In this document: positions 14,356-20,516 of the stretch, one piece after another
How positions within the stretch are numbered: the stretch's first letter is position 1
How the letters are laid out: every line of letters starts with the position of its first letter
Notes under the pieces: generated by a model
Database searches by the model: none
What the model was told of the DNA's origin: nothing
What the model saw: only the letters and a program-made list of their open reading frames with translations
Assembly (NCBI GenBank): GCA_044070495.1
Contig: JBIPSI010000052.1
Location: 1-20,516 of the forward strand
Length of the DNA: 20,516 nucleotides
Direction of reading: 5' to 3'
Source: Spirulina sp.
GTDB taxonomy: Bacteria > Cyanobacteriota > Cyanobacteriia > Phormidesmidales > Phormidesmidaceae
Made by a program: the position numbers and the translations under genes

Positions 14356-16398
14356 CTACTCATCTAGCAACACCGACGGATTGCCAGGTACCGTAGCCGG
14401 TTGGCTAGGTCGGTTGGGGATGTGATGCCCTAGGGAACTACTGCGGCTTCGGCCATCATTCCCCTTGCCCTGGGCGATGGGCACCGTGAAGTGAAACTGG
14501 CTACCCTGGTTTTTGCCCGCCGATTCTGCCCAGATTGTTCCCCCTAGACCTTCGATGATCTGGCGGCACATTGCGAGCCCCAGCCCAGTGCCCCCAGCGG
14601 TACGACGCAGGGCTCCTTCCTCCTGATAAAACCGATCAAACACCGCATCAAGGCGGCTTGGTTCGATGCCGCGCCCGGTGTCGGCAATGGTGACCTGGAG
14701 GTGGGTGGGGCTAGATCGAGTCACCTGAATCGTGATTTTGCCAGCGGCGGGGGTAAACTTGCTGGCGTTATCCAGCAGTTTGACGAGCACCTCCACCAGC
14801 CACTCCCCATCCGCCCGCACGAGGGGCACAGATTTGGGAATTTTTACCTTAATGTGGGATACCGGAGAACCATTGTTGTGGGCATTAACGCTGCTCAGGG
14901 CTAGATCCACACATTCCTGAATGGAGAGGGATTCTAGGTTCCACTCCACCCGCCCACTCTCCAATTTTGAAAGGGTGAGGAAGTCCTGCACCAGCTTGCG
15001 CATGCGCTCTGCATCCTCTAGGGCGGCCTGAATCATCACCTGGCGTAGTTCGGCGGGCATGTCCGGCTCGGTGGATAGGCTCTCCAGGCAAACCTGAATC
15101 GTAGATAGGGGCGTGCGCAGTTCGTGGCCCGTAATGGCAATCAGGTTGGCCCGCGTCAGATCGAGGGCTTCGAGCTGGCGGTTGAGATCTTGCAGATGGG
15201 TGTAAGCCTCGGCCTGGATGATGGCCACGCTAAGCTGAGCGGCGATGGCATCCACGAGGGCCTTATCGTCCTCCGTCCATTCGTAGGGATTGGCTTGGCA
15301 GTGGTGCAGCTCGATCATGCCCACCAGTCTCCCCTGGTAGGTCAGGGGAGCAATCAGCCAAGACTGAATCCGCCACCGATCTAGCAGCAACCGAATGGCA
15401 TCGAGTTCGTAGCGAAAGGGCGACTCTGGATCGTGGGTATCGGGGATGCTGATAATTTCCTTCGTGTCCTGCACGTAGTCGAAGAGGGGACTCGTCGCCA
15501 GGGGCCAGGTTTCCCCCAGCAGAGATTCCACCATGGGTTGGCGATGCTCATGCTCGATGGTGGTGGCGTCGTCGGTGGCCGCGCAGGGATAGATCAGGCA
15601 ACGACACACGTTCAGGGCTTGCCCCAACTCCGAAGCCGCCTTTTCAAAAATTTCTGTGGCGTCTAAGGATTGCCGAATCACCGAGGTGATTGAGTTCACC
15701 AGGCGCTCTCGTTGTTCTTGGGCCGCAATAGCTTTGTAAGCCTTGAGCAGCTTGTACTGCCCCGCCTGAAGGTAGGTCACCAGGCGTTGGGTAAAGGGAT
15801 CGGGTGTACCTTTACCGTCTAGACGCTCCGAAGGAGTGGTAGTGGGATCCAGGTAGCGTGCCTTGGCCACCTGCACCTTGTTAAGGATGTTAGGCCGGTA
15901 CTGGGCAATGCGGTCTAACAAAATCTCCGCTGACCGCTGAGTCACGTAGGGATCCTGAGTCCAGATGCCCTCAAAGCGACGGTTTTGATCGAGGGAAGGT
16001 CGTTCGGGATCGTCGTGGAAAGGCCGTTCTCGACAGATTAGGCAAGCTTGATAGTTCTCGCTAATTACCACCAAATGCCACTCATGAACTAGGGCATCTT
16101 CGGCATCGAAGGCGATGGTTTCGTAGTTTTCAGAACGGCTCGTGAAGCTCGTACCCGCCGCCGACAACACGTAAAGTTGGTCACTCAGTTCCGCAATGCG
16201 CAGGTAACGACTGGCCTCTTGCAGATAAAAACGTTCTTGCTGAAAGCTAGCAATCACCAAAGCACCGCCCACACCAGCCAAAATATGGTCTTCCATGGCA
16301 TGGGACAGAGCTGTTAACGATGTCTTGAAGTAGAGTCTAGGTCGAAGCTGGGGAATTGTCGTTAACAATTCTTCCACTACAGATGTGGAATTGCTCAT
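14356..16398 (-). CDS. DICT-GAF sensor histidine kinase
   Basis: DICT (YFKTSLTALSHAMED, ASFQQERFY, EWHLVV), GAF (IRQSLD...CRCLIY...LIAPL..QGRLVGMIELHHC), H-box TGHELRTPL, N-box LLDNASKFT, G1 DTGRGI, F-box FDRFYQ, G2 GGTGLGLA. Confidence 0.94.
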   Translation of the reverse strand: MSNSTSVVEELLTTIPQLRPRLYFKTSLTALSHAMEDHILAGVGGALVIASFQQERFYLQEASRYLRIAELSDQLYVLSAAGTSFTSRSENYETIAFDAEDALVHEWHLVVISENYQACLICRERPFHDDPERPSLDQNRRFEGIWTQDPYVTQRSAEILLDRIAQYRPNILNKVQVAKARYLDPTTTPSERLDGKGTPDPFTQRLVTYLQAGQYKLLKAYKAIAAQEQRERLVNSITSVIRQSLDATEIFEKAASELGQALNVCRCLIYPCAATDDATTIEHEHRQPMVESLLGETWPLATSPLFDYVQDTKEIISIPDTHDPESPFRYELDAIRLLLDRWRIQSWLIAPLTYQGRLVGMIELHHCQANPYEWTEDDKALVDAIAAQLSVAIIQAEAYTHLQDLNRQLEALDLTRANLIAITGHELRTPLSTIQVCLESLSTEPDMPAELRQVMIQAALEDAERMRKLVQDFLTLSKLESGRVEWNLESLSIQECVDLALSSVNAHNNGSPVSHIKVKIPKSVPLVRADGEWLVEVLVKLLDNASKFTPAAGKITIQVTRSSPTHLQVTIADTGRGIEPSRLDAVFDRFYQEEGALRRTAGGTGLGLAMCRQIIEGLGGTIWAESAGKNQGSQFHFTVPIAQGKGNDGRSRSSSLGHHIPNRPSQPATVPGNPSVLLDE

Positions 16399-16585
16399 AG
16401 TTCAAGCCAGGGAACCGTGATTGCCATCTCGCCCTAGGGTTGCTTAGGCTAAGTCAACCCCCTGCGATTGCTGACTTCGCAGTCATTACTCCCCCCTAGC
16501 CTACCAGTTGACGGCATGGCCTTAGCACTTTGTAACCTTTCGCCAAAATTCGTGAGGGAGGGTCATCCTTTGCAACCTAGGCCAC

Positions 16586-17218
16586 CTAGCCACCACTGAG
16601 ATCCAGGCCGTTGTATGCACTCATGGCCTTCTCCACACCATCCGTCAGGCTTTTCTCCAAGGCTCGCACCGCCACATCCACCACCTCATCCATGGTCTGC
16701 CGCTCGGCCTTAGAAAAGTTACCCAGTACATGGGACACCACCGCCTGATCTCGTTCGGCTTCGGGACGAACCGCGCCAATACCAATGCGAAGACGGCAAA
16801 AGTCCTGGGTTTTGAGGTGGGCAATGGCCGACTTCATGCCGTTGTGCCCCCCCGCCGACCCCGCTAGCCGCAGCCGCAGTTTACCCACAGGCAAATCCAT
16901 GTCGTCGTACACCACCAGCACCGAACTAGGAGAAAGCTTGACCCAATCCAGCACCGCCCGAATGGACTGCCCCGAACGGTTCATATAGGTCAGAGGCTTC
17001 AGGAGATAAACTTTCTGGCGATGGAGCGCTACCCCTGCGCCATACTCCCCCTGAAAGCGGCGCTCCTCCTTCAGGGGGATGGCCCACCGTTTGGATAGTT
17101 GATCCACCACATCAAAGCCAATGTTGTGGCGAGTCCCCGCATACTTGGGGCCAGGGTTCCCTAGCCCCACAATCAAGCTGATCGGAAGTCGCTCCGGAGC
17201 AGCAGAAGCGTCAGTCAT
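16586..17218 (-). CDS. pth: Peptidyl-tRNA hydrolase
   Basis: LIVGLGNPG.KY..TRHNIGF, LKPLTYMNRSG, VVYDDMDLP, GSAGGHNGMKS, RLRIGIG. Confidence 0.98.
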   Translation of the reverse strand: MTDASAAPERLPISLIVGLGNPGPKYAGTRHNIGFDVVDQLSKRWAIPLKEERRFQGEYGAGVALHRQKVYLLKPLTYMNRSGQSIRAVLDWVKLSPSSVLVVYDDMDLPVGKLRLRLAGSAGGHNGMKSAIAHLKTQDFCRLRIGIGAVRPEAERDQAVVSHVLGNFSKAERQTMDEVVDVAVRALEKSLTDGVEKAMSAYNGLDLSGG

Positions 17219-17295
17219 AGCACCAAGGTAAGTTCTCTAAACGAAAGGGTGAGCTACAAATCTTAAGCCTCAACTGAATCCATCTCAGCCATTGA

Positions 17296-17742
17296 CTAGG
17301 TCGGGGCGTTATTCTCGGAGTCAGGGGCCACCGCTTCAACATTCGCCGCCTCAGAATTCGCTGCCTCAGACGAGTCCTCAGCCGTTTCACCGCCCGTTCC
17401 TTCAGCCGCTGTGCTGGTTTCAGGCTCAGGGGTTGCCGCCGGGGCCGTTGCAGTCGGTTCAGGTTTAACCACAATCTCCTCAGGGGACTGGTTCTCCTGG
17501 GGGGAGAGCGCTTTAGAAGGCTGCGGATCGAGGGTGGCCTTCATCGGACTGTTGACAACCTTCTCAATCTGCTGGGCTTCCTTCTTAAATTCCTCCTCAA
17601 ATTCCTTGGAGGCATCCTGAAAGCCCTTGATGGCCTTACCCAAGCTGCGCCCGATTTCTGGCAGCTTTTTGGGGCCGAACACCAGCAGAGCCAGCACCAA
17701 AATCACCGCCATCTCCGGCAGGCCAATTCCAAATACGTTCAT
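17296..17742 (-). CDS. tatA: Twin-arginine translocase subunit TatA/E family
   Basis: MNVFGIGLPEMAVILVLALLVFGPKKLPEIGRSLGKAIKGFQ. AGGAG RBS lies upstream of ATG 17742. Long acidic P/E/A/S tail. Confidence 0.93.
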   Translation of the reverse strand: MNVFGIGLPEMAVILVLALLVFGPKKLPEIGRSLGKAIKGFQDASKEFEEEFKKEAQQIEKVVNSPMKATLDPQPSKALSPQENQSPEEIVVKPEPTATAPAATPEPETSTAAEGTGGETAEDSSEAANSEAANVEAVAPDSENNAPT

Positions 17743-17833
17743 ACGACGACTCCTACCCACAAGGGATAAACCATAACCACAGACCTCTCCCCATTATGCC
17801 GGGGAGAGCCCTGCAAGCCGAACCTAACCCACT

Positions 17834-17875
17834 AAAAAGGGGGCTGGCCCGGAGAATGTCCGCACTCGCCCCCTA
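17834..17875 (-). terminator. Probable intrinsic terminator downstream of psbH
   Basis: On the minus strand: AGGGGGC...GCCCCCT followed by TTTT, with inner stem CGGA/TCCG. Confidence 0.6.
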
Positions 17876-17912
17876 GGGTTATGTTGAGCGGTTTTACCTT
17901 AGAACAGCTAAC

Positions 17913-18116
17913 CTACATGCCGATGCTGCGCCAATCGACGTCAAAGCTATCGAGGATGATGGAGGAGTTGTAGAGCTGGAGAATAATCAGCAAGAAGACG
18001 AAAAACAGACCAATGAAAACCGCCATCAGAGGGGTGGTACCCCAGCCAGGGGCCACTTTCCCGTATTCAGAATTGAGGGGCTTGAGAACATCTCCCAACC
18101 AAGTCCGTTGTGCCAT
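17913..18116 (-). CDS. psbH: Photosystem II reaction centre protein H (67 aa)
   Basis: [31 protein letters not shown]...[11 protein letters not shown]. The true start is ATG 18116, not the TTG at 18314 in the ORF track. Confidence 0.97.
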   Translation of the reverse strand: MAQRTWLGDVLKPLNSEYGKVAPGWGTTPLMAVFIGLFFVFLLIILQLYNSSIILDSFDVDWRSIGM

Positions 18117-18191
18117 GGATCCTTCCGCTATCAATACTTTAATAGTTCGTAATATTATATGATGGAGAGGTTTCCCCCTCTCATAAAGTTT

Positions 18192-18323
18192 ATGGAACCC
18201 GCAACAGTTCTTATCATTTCCGTCGCGACGGTACTCGTCGCCGTCACCGGATTTGCGGTCTATCTCTCCTTTGGGCCTCCATCCAAGCAACTGGCGGATC
18301 CCTTTGATGAGCACGAAGATTAA
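18192..18323 (+). CDS. psbN: Photosystem II biogenesis protein PsbN (43 aa; absent from the ORF track)
   Basis: Hand translation [43 protein letters not shown], with the FGPPS..L.DPF.EHED signature. Divergent from psbH, as is canonical. Confidence 0.97.
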   Translation: MEPATVLIISVATVLVAVTGFAVYLSFGPPSKQLADPFDEHED

Positions 18324-18394
18324 CCTGCGGTTGTCCTGAACCGCCTAGGGCAATCTGGTATCGTGCTGCCCCATCGCTGAAGCCCCATCCGTCG

Positions 18395-18418
18395 AAAGTG
18401 CATTATAAAGTGCATTAT
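18395..18418 (+). repeat. 12-bp tandem repeat AAAGTGCATTAT x2
   Basis: Exact duplication in the psbN-rpsP intergenic region. Confidence 0.8.
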
Positions 18419-18496
18419 TCGATCACAGCGCCATCGACCTGGGCTTGGAGCTTGGCTATGCCCAGATATTTCGTAGTCATAGGTGCTTAGATTCAG

Positions 18497-18505
18497 TGCT
18501 ATGAT
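18497..18505 (+). promoter_or_regulatory. Extended -10 promoter element for the rpsP operon
   Basis: TG-C-TATGAT about 75 bp upstream of the rpsP ATG. Confidence 0.45.
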
Positions 18506-18579
18506 AGGTAACCTGTGCTTTGCATGGTAGCCCTTTGGGCTAGCTGTTTTGACCCCTAACATTTTGCTGTCCTTGACCT

Positions 18580-18834
18580 ATGATTAAGCTCCGCCTCAAG
18601 CGTTTTGGCAAAAAAAGAGAAGCTAGCTACCGCATCGTAGCTATCAATAGCGACGCTCGCCGTGATGGTCGTCCCCTCGAAGAGCTGGGCTTCTACAACC
18701 CCCGCACCGACGAAACCCGTCTGGATGTTCCTGGCATTGTGCGCCGCCTCCAGCAGGGAGCACAGCCCACCAAAACCGTGAAGCACATCCTCGAAAAGGC
18801 CGATGTTTTCGAGCAGCTTAAGGCTCAAGCCTAG
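18580..18834 (+). CDS. rpsP: 30S ribosomal protein S16
   Basis: [21 protein letters not shown]...[15 protein letters not shown]...GAQPT.TV. Confidence 0.99.
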   Translation: MIKLRLKRFGKKREASYRIVAINSDARRDGRPLEELGFYNPRTDETRLDVPGIVRRLQQGAQPTKTVKHILEKADVFEQLKAQA

Positions 18835-18854
18835 TCCCCTATCGGATCGACAGC

Positions 18855-19199
18855 ATGAGTAGCCCTGACTTTTCTGGCCTGGTCAAGTTTTTGGTGGAGC
18901 CTTTCTTGGATACGCCATCAGCCTTGCGGATTGACTGTGAGCAAAATGCCGCTCAGTCAAAGGTCTGGATTCGGGTGGCGTTCAGCGGCGACGAACGGGG
19001 CAAGGTTTTTGGCCGAGGTGGGCGTAATATTCAGGCTATCCGTAACGTGGTTCGGGCTACGGCAGCCCTCTGGGGGTGGTCCGCATACTTTGATGTCTTC
19101 GGTAGCGCAGGTCAGGAAGGTGCTGCGAGCCATGAGCAGAGCCGCCCTCCCCGCCGCCCTTCCCAAAAACCCAAGCCTCAGCTCAAGCCTAAAACCTAG
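18855..19199 (+). CDS. khpA: KH domain RNA-binding protein (KhpA/YlqC family)
   Basis: LVKFLVEPFL, GKVFGRGGRNIQAIR (GxxG KH loop); conserved position right after rpsP. Confidence 0.88.
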   Translation: MSSPDFSGLVKFLVEPFLDTPSALRIDCEQNAAQSKVWIRVAFSGDERGKVFGRGGRNIQAIRNVVRATAALWGWSAYFDVFGSAGQEGAASHEQSRPPRRPSQKPKPQLKPKT

Positions 19200-19254
19200 G
19201 TCTTAGTTAGGCATCTTTAAATTCTGCGGTGTTTTGCCGTTTAGTGCTGCGTTC

Positions 19255-20232
19255 ATGACCTCCACCCTTCGGATTGAAATTCCCAAGCCCGATGGGGCCA
19301 TGGCACTGTCTGGCTACCGCAGTGAGAACTTCAAGCTCTTGGCCCAGCAAACCGGGGCATCCCTGGTTTTGAGGGGACAGGAGCTTTTGATTTCGGGTAC
19401 CGAGGCCACAGCGGAGCGAGCGCGACGCTTGGTGGAAGCCCTAGAACCCATCTGGGGGCAAGGGCAAACGGTCACCAGTGCCGACATCATGACCGCCTGC
19501 CACGCCCTCGACACCAACCAGGTGGAGGAGCTTCAGGCCATCCACCAAGACGTGGTTGCCCGTACCCGTCGGGGTGAGGTAGTCCGGGCCAAGACCTTTC
19601 GGCAAAAGCAATACATCAAAGCCCTCCGTAGCCACGATCTGATTTTTTGTGCGGGGCCAGCGGGTACGGGCAAAACCTTTTTGGCTACCATGGTCGGGGT
19701 GCAGGCCCTGCTCAACAACGAGTTTGAGCGGCTGATCCTAACCCGTCCGGCGGTGGAGGCGGGGGAACGGCTGGGCTTTTTGCCGGGGGATCTCCAGCAG
19801 AAGGTCAACCCCTACCTGCGGCCCCTCTACGATGCGCTGCATGAGTTGGTAGATCCTGAAAAAATCGCCAACCTGATGGAGCGGGGCATTATCGAAGTGG
19901 CCCCCTTGGCCTACATGCGGGGGCGCACTCTCAGCAATGCCTTTGTGATTTTAGACGAGGCCCAAAATACCACCCCGGCCCAAATGAAAATGGTGCTGAC
20001 CCGCCTAGGGTTCCACTCCCGCATGGTGGTTACGGGCGATACAACCCAAACGGATTTACCCGATTACCAAGCCTCCGGGCTTGCCGTGGCCCAGCAGATT
20101 CTTCAACGGGTAGAGGGGATCGCCTTCTGCAAGCTCAACCAAAGCGACGTGGTGCGCCATCCCCTGGTGCAGCGCATTGTGGCCGCCTACGAAACCCATG
20201 ATGTCCAAAGGGCCAAGCGTTCATCCAGCTAG
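19255..20232 (+). CDS. phoH: PhoH family ATPase (YbeZ-like)
   Basis: GPAGTGKT Walker A, LILTRPAVEAGERLGFLPGD, EVAPLAYMRGRTL, ILDEAQN, VTGDTTQTDL, DVVRHPLV. ATG at 19255 preferred. Confidence 0.96.
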   Translation: MTSTLRIEIPKPDGAMALSGYRSENFKLLAQQTGASLVLRGQELLISGTEATAERARRLVEALEPIWGQGQTVTSADIMTACHALDTNQVEELQAIHQDVVARTRRGEVVRAKTFRQKQYIKALRSHDLIFCAGPAGTGKTFLATMVGVQALLNNEFERLILTRPAVEAGERLGFLPGDLQQKVNPYLRPLYDALHELVDPEKIANLMERGIIEVAPLAYMRGRTLSNAFVILDEAQNTTPAQMKMVLTRLGFHSRMVVTGDTTQTDLPDYQASGLAVAQQILQRVEGIAFCKLNQSDVVRHPLVQRIVAAYETHDVQRAKRSSS

Positions 20233-20326
20233 GTCTTGTCCCACGCCGCTTTTAGGGATGCGAGTCCCTCCTGGGCCTACGCTCTCAGTTCTATGGCCGT
20301 AGGCAGGCTAGTTGAGACATTGCTCC

Positions 20327-20378
20327 TTTAAAGGTTAGAACGTTAAAGGTTAAAGGTTAGAACGTTAAAGGTTAGAAC
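20327..20378 (+). repeat. Compound short tandem repeat of GTTAAAG (7 bp) and GTTAGAAC (8 bp) units
   Basis: TTTAAAG GTTAGAAC GTTAAAG GTTAAAG GTTAGAAC GTTAAAG GTTAGAAC. Confidence 0.85.
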
Positions 20379-20402
20379 TGGAGTTTAGACTAAGGCCAAA
20401 GG

Positions 20403-20437
20403 AAAAAGCAGCCCGAGTCTTGCTCGGGCTGCTTTTT
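20403..20437. terminator. Bidirectional intrinsic terminator
   Basis: AAAAA-GCAGCCCGAG-TCTTG-CTCGGGCTGC-TTTTT, a perfect 10-bp stem with A and T tracts on both sides. Confidence 0.92.
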
Positions 20438-20516
20438 AGCCGAAGCTGAGAAAGCACAACCAATCTCGGCAAAGGCTTATGACTTACGATAGCTTGTCCG
20501 GATTTCGACAACGCGC

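Noticed and set aside
14356..16398. Naming the kinase Hik2/CSK or a bilin photoreceptor
   Set aside because: The N-terminus is DICT-type rather than the Hik2 N-terminus I recall, and the GAF lacks a recognisable bilin-binding CH/DIP motif. No gene symbol assigned.
18117..18314. N-terminal extension of the 133-aa ORF containing psbH
   Set aside because: It is the antisense of psbN plus the divergent promoter region; PsbH starts at ATG 18116.
546..19808. Numerous short alternative-frame and antisense ORFs in the ORF track
   Set aside because: They are nested within well-supported genes and lack motifs; such shadow ORFs are expected in GC-rich coding DNA.
20477..20516. Possible 3' end of a convergent minus-strand gene (...RVVEIRTSYRKS*)
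   Set aside because: Plausible given the bidirectional terminator, but too short to fix the frame or identity.

Overview
Chromosomal window from a moderately GC-rich cyanobacterium (psbH/psbN present; probably a filamentous Leptolyngbya/Nodosilinea-like lineage, which is an inference). Left half: the 3' part of an M48-peptidase-like gene whose zinc and catalytic residues are all replaced; a lower-GC DODA/LigB dioxygenase bracketed by GTAG-type REP elements; a MacA-like adaptor plus MacB/FtsX permease with no adjacent ATPase; a GT2-GT2-WcaF/HpsU acetyltransferase exopolysaccharide trio interrupted by a nested inverted-repeat element; a pentapeptide-repeat protein; and a GHL10 hydrolase. Right half is mostly core genes: tRNA-Asp(GTC), purK, a cNMP-binding protein, an FHA protein, a DICT-GAF histidine kinase, pth, tatA, psbH, psbN, rpsP, khpA and phoH. 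No CRISPR array, transposase, integrase or prophage was seen. The most unusual signal covers the whole window: by manual scan the cyanobacterial HIP1 palindrome (GCGATCGC) and its core CGATCG are absent, while CCTAGG (~25 copies) and CCCTAGGG (7 copies) are strongly iterated. I did not find a clearly new multi-gene system; the findings are leads.
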